This document shows, one piece after another, positions 1-8,682 of a stretch of DNA of 64,000 nucleotides (within the stretch, counting starts at the first letter, position 1; each line of letters starts with the position of its first letter). The DNA is taken from contig CAWGSU010000006.1 of NCBI GenBank assembly GCA_963825325.1, forward strand, positions 231,978 through 295,977, given 5' to 3'. The notes under the pieces were generated by a model, which ran no database searches, had not been told where the DNA came from, and saw nothing but the letters and a program-made list of their open reading frames with translations. The position numbers and the translations under genes are program-made. This stretch comes from an uncultured Actinomycetes bacterium (GTDB taxonomy: Bacteria; Actinomycetota; Thermoleophilia; Gaiellales; JAICJC01).

Positions 1-1060
1 ATCGAATGTGGCGTAGAAGCTGTCGCCTGCGGTGTCGTTCTCATATCCACGCCAGGTCGAGAGCGCCGCTCTGACCACGTGGTTGTGCTTCTCGATGAGC
101 TGCTTCCAGTCGCGATCCCCAAGCCGGGCCTGATGACCGGTCGAGTCGACGACGTCGGTGAACAGGATGGTCGAGAGGATCGTGTCCGGCACGACCGGTC
201 TCGGCTGAAGGCCGATGAAGCGCGCGATGGCGTCCAGACGCGGGCGGTTCACGGCGTCGATGTCCGCGCCGCTCCCCATCCAGTGCTGCTGAGCGAACGT
301 CTCGATGCGAGCGTTTGGAATCAGCGACGCGACGTGGTCTGCCACCGCGAGCGGCTCCTCTTCGCCCTGGGTGACCATGAGCAACGTCGGCGCCTGCACC
401 GTCGAAAGGAGGCCGCGGATATCGGTCTGCCACCAGATGCGTGTCAGCTCCTCGGCCACGTCGGGCGTACACGCGTTTCGGCTCAACCTGGCCCACCACC
501 GAGCCGCCTCCTCCGACGGTCGGTACCGGCCCCCCTGCTCGAACGTATCAGCCCACGCTTCGCCGTACCCCAGAGTCCCCCACTGCTGAAGGTCATCCAG
601 CGCCCCCGCCATGTCCTCCGGCCCCGCGCCCCAGGGGAAGTCCGGCGCCGCCACCATGCGCGGCCAGGGGTTCCACCACACCATCGCCCGCACCCGGGTC
701 GGAGCACCGGCGGCGAGCAGCACGCCCGGAGCGAGACTCTCGAACCACCCACCGACCACCGCGCTCGTCGAGCCGACTGCATCGAGCACCGCCCGGAGAT
801 CGTCCGTCCGTGTCTCCAGATTCGGCACCCGCACGTTGCGGCTGGAGAGACCGCAACCCCGCCAATCGTGCAGGATCAACCGGCCGAGCGACGCCAAGCC
901 CTCGAACCACCCCCGGATCCACTCCGATTCCCACCACACGTCCAGGTTCCCGCCGAAGTCCAACTGCCACGCAATATCGACCGGCCCCTCGCCCACGACG
1001 TGGTAGGCGATGTAGGCACCATCCGGCGTCTTTTAGATACCGAGGATCCGGGATCTCCAC
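1..1060 (-). pseudogene. alpha/beta-hydrolase-fold + class III adenylate/guanylate cyclase fusion (LipJ-like); one-base frameshift near 5' end; runs off window
   Basis: GTG at 1060 after GGAGG gives MEIPDPRYLK. Removing one A from the AAAA run (1031-1034) continues as TPDGAYIAYHVVGEGPVD...LILHDWRGCGLS...TILFTDVVDST...DTAGDSFYATFD to position 1 (cyclase metal-binding motifs). May be a sequencing indel rather than a true pseudogene. Confidence 0.85.
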
Positions 1061-1253
1061 CTATGCCCTCCAGATCGAACGTCGGGCCTAGCAGGGAACG
1101 GCGAGTCTAACGGTCTCCGCCGATCATCGGCCTGTGGGCAGGGTGGTTGACGGCGCTCACCTCCAGTGCATGTCGAGCGAGACAGATCTCAGAGTGATCG
1201 CCTGGTTCACTTCCGATCGAGACCTCTTCGCGAACTGACCAGGAGAGCGTACG

Positions 1254-2789
1254 GTGGGTTCAGAGCCACTCAACGGAGATTCGACGCCACGTGTGAGCGG
1301 CCGCGTTGCGGCAGGCGACTACGAGCTTGAGATCGGCGCGCCTGGGGGGTCGCGTCTGGGGCTCGCCGGCGGCGTCAACGAAGCATCGAAGGCCGAACTG
1401 TGGAACGCACTTGGCGACCCCGGCAGCGAGCTCCGCGCACCAACCGACTTCCTCAAGGGCGTCGTCGACGACGGCTCGAAGGCGGCAGACGCGGTAGAGA
1501 ACTCGATCACGCTTCTGACCGCGGCCACTCGGGGCGGGCTCGCGGATCCGGCCACGATGAATCTCGAGATCAACGTCGTCTTGGGCGCGCTCAGCCGCCT
1601 TGACCGCGATCACCGCTACGACGAGGAGATTGAGTTCGCCCGGACGCTCGCGAGCCTCCTTGCCCTCCTCGAACGGTGGTGGGAACTCGTCGAGACGCTC
1701 CGGCACGCGTTCGCGGCTGCCGAACATCTCGCCTCATCCGAAGCGAAAGGAAACGCGCAGGGATGGGCTCTCCACGAGATCGGCTCGCTCTCGGCGTGTG
1801 CCGGCCGCCGGAATCGCGCTCGAAAACTGCTCGAAAACGCGCGAGCCATCCGGACGCGTATCCACGACCAGGACGGACGCGCCGCTACCACCCAGAACCT
1901 CACGCTGAACGGCGCGCGGCTCGGCGGCGCCGTGGTCCGCAGCCACTGGCGTCCATCGGGTCGCGGATGGTGCGTCGTCGGGTCCGCCACCGCGATCCTC
2001 GTCGGCAGCGCGTTCGGTGCGGCCGCAGAGCACCAAGTCAACGCGACGTCCAGCAAGACCCCCGCGATCTCGCTCGTCGTGGACAAGCACCGCGCGACCT
2101 CACTCGTGTTTCACGGGACAGCCGACACGTCTGCGAGCTACAACGCGTTCGTCGAAGTCCGAGTCTTCCAGGATCCGCAGGGCGGGCTCAAGCTCGTGGG
2201 AACCTCCGGGCAGAGCCGGGTAGGCACGGATGGCTCCTATGGCGGGACGATCGCGTTCAGGACGACCCTTCCGGCCGGCCGATACTACGCACAGGCCAGC
2301 CAGGGCTGGGGCCACGGTGCCGGCCATGCCCAATCGACCGCATTCTGGTTCTTGATCGCTCACACCTCGGCAACGTCGGGCGGGGGGACGACGTCGGGCG
2401 GAGGAACGACCAACCGACCACCCCCACGATCGACCCTCACGCTCGCAACCCCGGCAGACGGCGGGGACGTGCCGGCGTATCCCCCCGATTTCACCGGCAC
2501 ATCGTCGAACATCCCGCAGTCCTCCGACGTCATCGTCGAGGTGTTCGCAGGAACAGCCGCCTCAGGCCCACAGCCGATCCGGTCGCTTGCGACCCCACTC
2601 GCCGCAGACGGCAGCTGGAGCACGATCGCGAGAGGCAAGTTCATCGAAGGGGCGACGTACACAGCCGTCGCGATCCTCTCGGATAGCACCGGAACGATCC
2701 TCCCCGACGCCCTCGAGAGCCAGCCGCACACGTTCACCTTCGGAACCCAACCCATCGTGATCTCGCCCACCGGCGTTGGGGGCACGTAG
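1254..2789 (+). CDS. membrane-anchored protein: TPR-like helical N-terminus, single TM, extracellular Ig-like beta domains
   Basis: SD AGGAG before GTG; WALHEIG...ARAIR...TTQNL helical repeat; hydrophobic stretch WCVVGSATAILVGSAFGAA; Thr/Gly-rich beta C-terminus with TSGGG repeats. Confidence 0.65.
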   Translation: MGSEPLNGDSTPRVSGRVAAGDYELEIGAPGGSRLGLAGGVNEASKAELWNALGDPGSELRAPTDFLKGVVDDGSKAADAVENSITLLTAATRGGLADPATMNLEINVVLGALSRLDRDHRYDEEIEFARTLASLLALLERWWELVETLRHAFAAAEHLASSEAKGNAQGWALHEIGSLSACAGRRNRARKLLENARAIRTRIHDQDGRAATTQNLTLNGARLGGAVVRSHWRPSGRGWCVVGSATAILVGSAFGAAAEHQVNATSSKTPAISLVVDKHRATSLVFHGTADTSASYNAFVEVRVFQDPQGGLKLVGTSGQSRVGTDGSYGGTIAFRTTLPAGRYYAQASQGWGHGAGHAQSTAFWFLIAHTSATSGGGTTSGGGTTNRPPPRSTLTLATPADGGDVPAYPPDFTGTSSNIPQSSDVIVEVFAGTAASGPQPIRSLATPLAADGSWSTIARGKFIEGATYTAVAILSDSTGTILPDALESQPHTFTFGTQPIVISPTGVGGT

Positions 2790-2826
2790 GCCTTCCGAGC
2801 CGGCGCTCGGTAGCGCACCGCTCATC

Positions 2827-4362
2827 TCACAGAAGCGGGGCCGTGCCCTGCTCGACCGCGGCGAGCAGCGACCCATCGCGCAGGCGCCCGGCGAGCTCCT
2901 CGATCTCGGCGCGAGCGAGCGATCGTCGCCGAGGTGCGGCGAGACGGTCGCGGACCGCCGCATGCGCCGCGGCGACGGCCGCCCCCGGCCGCTTCGGCGC
3001 GAGGAAGTCCAGGCCCTGCGCGCCGCACAGGAGCTCGATCCCGAGCACCCGCTCGACGTTCGCGCACACGTGCCACAGGTGCACGGCCGCGGTCGCGCCC
3101 ATCGAGACGTGGTCCTCCTGCCCGGCGCTCGTGGGGATCGAGTCGGCGCTGGCGGGGTGCACGAGCACCTTGCCCTCGCTGACGAGGCTCGCCGCCACGT
3201 ACTGCGCGATCATGAAGCCGGAGTTCAGGCCGCCGTCGGCGGTCAGGAACGGGGGCAGGCCGTTCGAGAGCGCGGGGTTCAGCATCCGCTCGATCCGGCG
3301 CTCGCTGATCGACGAGAGCTCGTGCAGGGCCAGCTTGAGCATGTCGAGCGCGAACGCGACCGGCTGACCGTGGAAGTTGCCGTTGCTCATCACCTCGCCG
3401 CGCTCGGCGAGCACGATCGGGTTGTCGGTGGCGGCGTTCAGCTCGATCGCGACGACGCCCTCGGCATAGGCAACCGCATCGCGCACCGCCCCGTGCACCT
3501 GCGGCGCGCAGCGCAGCGAGTAGGCGTCCTGCACGCGCCCGCACCAGCGGTGCGAGGCGACGATCTCGGAGTCGTCCAGGAGCCGGTAAAGGTTCGCGGC
3601 CGACGCCACCTGGCCGGGGTGCGGCCGCAGCGCCTGCAGCTCGGGCGCAAACGGCGTCCGCGAGCCGCGCACGGCCTCGATCGTCTGGGCGGCGGCGACG
3701 TCTGCGAGCTTCACGAGCCGGTGCGCCCGGGCCAGGACGAGCGCCCCGATGGCCGCCATGAACTGGGTGCCGTTGATCAGCGCGAGCCCCTCCTTGGCCG
3801 CGAGCACGACCGGCTCGAGGCCGGCCCGGGCGAGCGCGTCGGCGCCGGGCATGACCTCATCGCCAACCCGCGCGGAGCCCTCGCCCACGAGCACGAGGCC
3901 CAGGTGCGCCAGCGGGGCGAGGTCGCCGCTCGCGCCGAGCGAGCCGCGCGACGGCACGACCGGATGCACGCCGGCCGAGAGCAGGTCGAGCAGGAGCTGC
4001 ACGGGCTCGACGCGCACGCCGGAGGAGCCCTTCGCGAGCGCGTTTGCCCGCAGCAGGGTCGCCGCCCGCACCACCTCGTCGGGGAACGGCATGCCGACGC
4101 CGCACGCATGGCTGCGCAGCAGGTTGAGCTGCAGCTGCGCCGCCTGGGCCGGTGCGATGTGCACGTCGACGAAGCGGCCGAAGCCGGTGTTCACCCCGTA
4201 GGTGGGCGTGCCCTCGGCGACGACGCGGTCGATCAGGGCGCGCGACGCGGCGATCTGCGCGAGCGCGCGGGCGCCCAGCTCTGCGCGTGCGCCGCCGACC
4301 GCGACCCGCTCGACGTCGTCGACGGTGAGGTCGTGTCCGCTGAGCTCGATCGTGGCCGTCAC
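2827..4362 (-). CDS. hutH: histidine ammonia-lyase
   Basis: YGVNTGFG, LLRSHACGVG, MIO-forming GSLGASGDLAPL, QDAYSLRCAPQVHGA, GNFHGQP. Confidence 0.97.
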   Translation of the reverse strand: MTATIELSGHDLTVDDVERVAVGGARAELGARALAQIAASRALIDRVVAEGTPTYGVNTGFGRFVDVHIAPAQAAQLQLNLLRSHACGVGMPFPDEVVRAATLLRANALAKGSSGVRVEPVQLLLDLLSAGVHPVVPSRGSLGASGDLAPLAHLGLVLVGEGSARVGDEVMPGADALARAGLEPVVLAAKEGLALINGTQFMAAIGALVLARAHRLVKLADVAAAQTIEAVRGSRTPFAPELQALRPHPGQVASAANLYRLLDDSEIVASHRWCGRVQDAYSLRCAPQVHGAVRDAVAYAEGVVAIELNAATDNPIVLAERGEVMSNGNFHGQPVAFALDMLKLALHELSSISERRIERMLNPALSNGLPPFLTADGGLNSGFMIAQYVAASLVSEGKVLVHPASADSIPTSAGQEDHVSMGATAAVHLWHVCANVERVLGIELLCGAQGLDFLAPKRPGAAVAAAHAAVRDRLAAPRRRSLARAEIEELAGRLRDGSLLAAVEQGTAPLL

Positions 4363-4390
4363 CGGCCGCGTAGCCTACCTACCGTTGTCC

Positions 4391-5278
4391 CTACCGGCCG
4401 AACTCGCCGCCCGAGGCGATCTCGAGCAGGCGGTCGGCGGGCATGCCGTCCAGGAGCAGCGCGCGCCCGGCGGCGGCCGCGGCGGTTGCCGCCGGCATCA
4501 GGCCGACGAGCTCGCCCCGCTCCACCTCGACGCCGTGTACCGCCGCGAGCCGCCCCACCTCGGCGACGACCTCGTGCAGCGGGGCGCCCGCCGGGTCGAT
4601 CAGGTTCATCGACACCTGCGCGCGGCCGGTGCGCGGGATCAGGAGGCCGAGCGCCTGGACGCCGCGCAGGCCGCCGTCGCGCTCGCGCACCGCAGCGGCG
4701 ACGGTGCGGGCCACGCCGACGTCGCCCGTGCGCAGGTCGACGTTGAACGCAACCAGCGGTGCCCGCACGCCCAGGAGCACCGCGCCGGCGGTCGGATGCA
4801 GGGTCGCCGGCCCGTACAGCGGCACGACGTCGCCCGCGTCGATCAGCGCCTGCAGGCCCGCCGGCCCCGCCGCGCGGAAGAAGGCCGGACGGCGGCCGGC
4901 GCCGAGCTCGCCGTAGCCGACCACCGGCACGCCGAGGCGGCCGATCCGCTCGCCCAGGGCGCGCGCCGCGTGCTCGGGCCGCGGATCGCCCGGACGGAAG
5001 CGCACGAGCGGCACGACGTCGGCGGCGCCGACACGCGGATGCACGCCCTCGTGGCCGGTCAGGTCGATCCGCTCGATCGCGGCCGCGATGCCGGCGGCGA
5101 GGCCGGCGACGAGCGCGTCGGGCTCGCCGACGCAGGTGAGCACCGAGCGGTTGTGGTCGGGGTCGGAGTGCACGTCGAGCACCGCCGCATGCGCCGCCAC
5201 CGCCGACCGGATCGCGGCCACCGCGTCGCGATCGCGCCCCGTCGAGAAGTTCGGCACCGATTCCAGGAGGCCGCGCAT
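4391..5278 (-). CDS. ftcD: glutamate formimidoyltransferase
   Basis: MRGLLESVPNFSTGRD, DPDHNRSV, HEGVHPRVGAADVVP, AQVSMNL; start trimmed to ATG 5278 (GATAAT -10 just upstream, probably leaderless). Confidence 0.92.
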   Translation of the reverse strand: MRGLLESVPNFSTGRDRDAVAAIRSAVAAHAAVLDVHSDPDHNRSVLTCVGEPDALVAGLAAGIAAAIERIDLTGHEGVHPRVGAADVVPLVRFRPGDPRPEHAARALGERIGRLGVPVVGYGELGAGRRPAFFRAAGPAGLQALIDAGDVVPLYGPATLHPTAGAVLLGVRAPLVAFNVDLRTGDVGVARTVAAAVRERDGGLRGVQALGLLIPRTGRAQVSMNLIDPAGAPLHEVVAEVGRLAAVHGVEVERGELVGLMPAATAAAAAGRALLLDGMPADRLLEIASGGEFGR

Positions 5279-5291
5279 CGGCGCATTATCC

Positions 5292-5330
5292 CGTCCCAAT
5301 TGGCATCCACGGCGGATGTCAATTGGGGCG
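5292..5330. repeat. REP-like palindrome (CCCAATTG core), copy 1
   Basis: 17-bp stem with two G-U pairs, CGTCCCAATTGGCATCC/GGATGTCAATTGGGGCG; related copy at 48008-48040. Confidence 0.7.
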
Positions 5331-5658
5331 CCACGCCAATCGAAAGCACGTCCGCGCCGGCGGGCCTCTGTGAGGCCCGCCCGCGGGACCCGAGGTGGCC
5401 GTTCTTGGGGGGGTGAACGGGCCGACCGCGGCCTGGCTCGCGCTCGAACGTGCCCAGTAAGGACGGGTGCCAGGCCCGGGCAGTTTCCTCCAGGATGGCG
5501 AGGGCTGCCTCCCCTTTTCGGGGGATTCACAGACAGGTCAGAACGCCCATCGAAAGTGGAAATGCGTTCCAGCGCCGAGCGGCTACCCCAAACAGGTGAG
5601 ACAAGTCGCCCCGTACGAGCGACGACGCCGGCCGCGGGGGCGCCGATCATATGGTCAA

Positions 5659-5739
5659 CGGATCGATAAAGGCAAACTCACCGCGAGGTGAGCACGCAAA
5701 GCCAGAGGTCTCTTAGAGACGGCTCGGCTGCCGAAACCG
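5659..5739 (+). promoter_or_regulatory. cyclic di-GMP-I (GEMM) riboswitch aptamer
   Basis: AAAGGCAAAC, P2 CTCACC-GCGA-GGTGAG with GNRA loop, ACGCAAAGCC junction, P3 GTCTC-TTA-GAGAC, CTGCCGAA; P1 CGG.TCG/CGA..CCG. The G at the G20-equivalent position (5671) favours c-di-GMP over cGAMP. Confidence 0.9.
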
Positions 5740-5744
5740 GGAAC

Positions 5745-5950
5745 CGCTCAACATGCGGCGTCCTCACAGGGGCAATAGCCCCGAGTGTGGATCCTGCGAG
5801 TGGGACCCCCAGCAATGGACACCATTGCGACCGCGCCTCCAAGGGTAGGCACCAAGGACGCGCAACCCTCGATCCGAATCGACACGGGATGCGGACGGTG
5901 GACGCTGCGGGGGGCAGTGCCACACAGATGGCAGTGAGGTCTGCCGTCCG
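5745..5950 (+). ncRNA. putative structured RNA (or leader of a <=40-aa peptide) downstream of the riboswitch
   Basis: Long-range helix 5755-5763/5900-5908, inner helix 5791-5796/5885-5890, hairpins 5769-5782, 5812-5828, 5869-5882, 5927-5948; no convincing long ORF. Confidence 0.4.
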
Positions 5951-5956
5951 CGCCCG

Positions 5957-6703
5957 TCACTCTCGCCCACGCGCCATCGCCTCGAACTCCGTCGTCGCCT
6001 CCTCCGCCGAGGCCGGCCGCAGGAGATCCGCCGCGAACCCGTCCGCATCGGGCAGCCCGGTCGCGCGGATCCGCGCCGCCGCCGACTCGAGGTCGTAGTC
6101 CGTGCGCCGCAGCTCGACGTCAGGACCGAGCAGGCACCAGTAGGCGGCGGCAGCGCCCTGGTACGGCATGCCGACGCTGCCCGCGTTCACGGCCCGCTTC
6201 GCGCCGATCGCGCGGTCGAACTGGACGTGGGTGTGCCCGCAGACGACGGTGCCCTCCGCCGCCGCGGCCAGCATCGGGGCGACGCGCTCCGGCGGAGAGA
6301 TCGCCGTGAAGATCTCGGAGTCGCTGCGCGGGGTGGCGTGGCAGAAGCACACCGCACCCAGGCCGTCGATCGCGAGGCTGGCCGTGAGCGGCCACGATCC
6401 GAGATCGGCCAGGTCCGCCGCCGTGAGCCGTCCGGCGGCCCACGTGGCGCGCCGGTCCCACAGCTCGCCCTCGTCCGGGTCGGCGCCGCGGCGCTCGATC
6501 AGCTCCCGCTCGGTGTTGCCGCGCACCCATGCGACACGGTCGCCGAGGGCGACGAGCAGCGCGAGCGTCTCGGCCGGCATCGGCCCCTCGAGCGCGTCGC
6601 CACCGACGACCACGCGGTCTGCCCCGGCGACGTCGGGCTCGGCCAGGACGGCCTCGAGCGCCGGCAGGTTGCCGTGGATGTCGTACAGCGCCGCGACCCG
6701 CAT
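5957..6703 (-). CDS. calcineurin-like metallophosphoesterase
   Basis: YDIHGN, GGD, RGN, CHAT and GHTH motifs; start trimmed to MRVAALYD. Confidence 0.9.
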   Translation of the reverse strand: MRVAALYDIHGNLPALEAVLAEPDVAGADRVVVGGDALEGPMPAETLALLVALGDRVAWVRGNTERELIERRGADPDEGELWDRRATWAAGRLTAADLADLGSWPLTASLAIDGLGAVCFCHATPRSDSEIFTAISPPERVAPMLAAAAEGTVVCGHTHVQFDRAIGAKRAVNAGSVGMPYQGAAAAYWCLLGPDVELRRTDYDLESAAARIRATGLPDADGFAADLLRPASAEEATTEFEAMARGRE

Positions 6704-6726
6704 CGCCGGCACGATATCTTGGCGCC

Positions 6727-8679
6727 GTGCTCGATCGCCTGTTCTCGCCCCTCGCGCTCGGCCCGGTGACGATCGCAAACCGGATCGTGTCGACATCGCA
6801 CCAGACGACGCTCGTGCACGACCATCTGCCGACCGACGACCTGATCGCCTACCACCGCGCCCGGGCCGCGGGCGGCGCGGGCCTGATCGTGATCGAGGCC
6901 ACCGCCGTCCACTCCACCGGCCTGCTCACCGCCCACACGCTCGGCGGCTACCTGCCGCAGATCGTCCCGGTCTACCGGCGGCTCGCAGACGCCGTCCACG
7001 AGCACGGCACGCGGCTCATGTGCCAGCTCTTCCACGGCGGCCGCGAGATGATCACGTCCGGGCCGCGGGCGCCGGCGGTGGCGGCCTCGTCGATCCCGTC
7101 CGCCCGGTTCCTGGTCGAGCCGCGCGAGCTCTCGGCCGCCGAGATTCGCGAGATGGTGGCCGGATACCGCCAGGCCGCGGTGTACGCCCGCGAGGGCGGC
7201 CTCGACGGCGTCGAGGTGTGCGCCGGATTCGGCTACCTGCCAACCCAGTTCCTCTCGGCGCACGCAAACGCGCGCACCGACGCCTACGGCGGCTCGTTCA
7301 CGAACCGGCTGCGGTTCCTGCGTGAGGTGCTTGAGGCGATGCGCGAGGGGATCGGTGCCGACGGTGCGGTCGGCTGCCGCCTGACCGACGAGAGCGGCTC
7401 CTACGACGGCACCGACACGGAGGACGTGGTCGAGGCGGCGGGCGTGCTGGCCGACGACGGCCTGGCGGACTACATCTCGGTCGCGCTCGGCGGCTCCTCC
7501 ACCTACCGCGGCTCGACCTGGATCGTGCCGCCGCCGCCCGCGCGCCGAAACGCTGTCGCCGACTTCGCGCGACTGTTCAAACCCCGTGTGGCGGTGCCCG
7601 TGATCGCCACCGGCCGGATCCTCGATCCCGCCGACGCCGACCGCCTGATCGGCGAGGGCGTCTGTGACGCGGTCGGCATGACGCGGGCGATGATCGCCGA
7701 GCCGGGCCTGGCCAAGAAGACGCGCGCCGGCGAGCCGGTCACCGTCTGCATCGGCTGCAACCAGGGCTGCATCGGCCACTACCACGCCGGTGTGCCGATC
7801 GCGTGCACGGTCAACCCGTGGACCGGCTACGAGGCGACGCTGCCGCGTCCGCGGCGGGCTGGGGCGGCGCAGCGGGTGGTCGTGATCGGCGCCGGGCCGG
7901 CCGGCTGCGCGGCGGCCGCCGCCGCGGCGGCGAGCGGCCACGAGGTGACCGTGCTCGAGCGCGGCGCTGCGCACGGCGGGCAGATGCGGTTCGCGCTCGG
8001 CGCGCCCGGCCACGCCGAGATCGCCGCCGGCCTGATCGACGTGCTCGGGACATGGCTCGCCGCGGCCGACGTCCGCTACGGGGTGAACGCCGGGGTCGCC
8101 GACGTGCGCACGCTCGCGCCCGACCGGGTCGTGCTGGCGTCGGGCGCCGATCCGTATCTCCCCGCGCTCGCCGGCGACGGGGTCGCGATCGTCCACGCCT
8201 GGGATGTGCTCGCAGGCGCCGACGCGGGCGGGAGCGTGCTCGTGAGCGACTGGGGCGGCGACTGGACCGGCTTCGACGTCGCCGAGGCGCTTGCGGCTCG
8301 CGGCGGCCGCGTGCGCCTGATGACGTCGGCGGTCGCCTTCGGCCAGGGCGTGCACCAGTACCAGCGCAACCTCTACCTGGCCCGGCTCGACGAGGCCGGC
8401 GTCGAGCTCCTGCACCATCTGCGGCCCGTCGGCGTGCGCCCGGGCGCGGTCGAGTGCGTGAACGTCTTCTCCCACCGGCCCATGCTGATCGACGGCGTCG
8501 ACACGCTCGTGGTGAGCGCCGGGCGCACGGCCCGCAACCACCTGCACGACGAGCTGCTCGCGGCCGGGGTCTCCGTCGAGCGCGCGGGCGATGTCCAGAG
8601 TCCGCGGTCGTTCGAGGAGGCGATCCGCGAGGGCACGCTGGCCGGGATGGGCATCGCCGAGCCCGCCACCACGCACTGA
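6727..8679 (+). CDS. NADH:flavin oxidoreductase (OYE barrel + 4Fe-4S + FAD/NAD domain; DCR/TMADH-like)
   Basis: LFSPLALGPVTIANRIV, NARTDAYGGS, CIGCNQGC...C, GAGPAG. Confidence 0.9.
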   Translation: MLDRLFSPLALGPVTIANRIVSTSHQTTLVHDHLPTDDLIAYHRARAAGGAGLIVIEATAVHSTGLLTAHTLGGYLPQIVPVYRRLADAVHEHGTRLMCQLFHGGREMITSGPRAPAVAASSIPSARFLVEPRELSAAEIREMVAGYRQAAVYAREGGLDGVEVCAGFGYLPTQFLSAHANARTDAYGGSFTNRLRFLREVLEAMREGIGADGAVGCRLTDESGSYDGTDTEDVVEAAGVLADDGLADYISVALGGSSTYRGSTWIVPPPPARRNAVADFARLFKPRVAVPVIATGRILDPADADRLIGEGVCDAVGMTRAMIAEPGLAKKTRAGEPVTVCIGCNQGCIGHYHAGVPIACTVNPWTGYEATLPRPRRAGAAQRVVVIGAGPAGCAAAAAAAASGHEVTVLERGAAHGGQMRFALGAPGHAEIAAGLIDVLGTWLAAADVRYGVNAGVADVRTLAPDRVVLASGADPYLPALAGDGVAIVHAWDVLAGADAGGSVLVSDWGGDWTGFDVAEALAARGGRVRLMTSAVAFGQGVHQYQRNLYLARLDEAGVELLHHLRPVGVRPGAVECVNVFSHRPMLIDGVDTLVVSAGRTARNHLHDELLAAGVSVERAGDVQSPRSFEEAIREGTLAGMGIAEPATTH

Positions 8680-8682
8680 GGG

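Noticed and set aside
79-1110. Long antisense and alternate-frame ORFs here and throughout (e.g. 6499-8676, 24586-27018, 48848-52882)
   Set aside because: They are stop-poor shadows of real genes in very high-GC DNA and carry no motifs.
5340-5950. Possible RNase P, tmRNA, raiA-motif RNA or c-di-AMP riboswitch
   Set aside because: Diagnostic sequences (GAGGAAAGTCC, tRNA-like ends, GTCAGCTAAC, GGTCAAAGACCAGGTCA) are not visible on either strand; a covariance search would be needed to exclude them formally.
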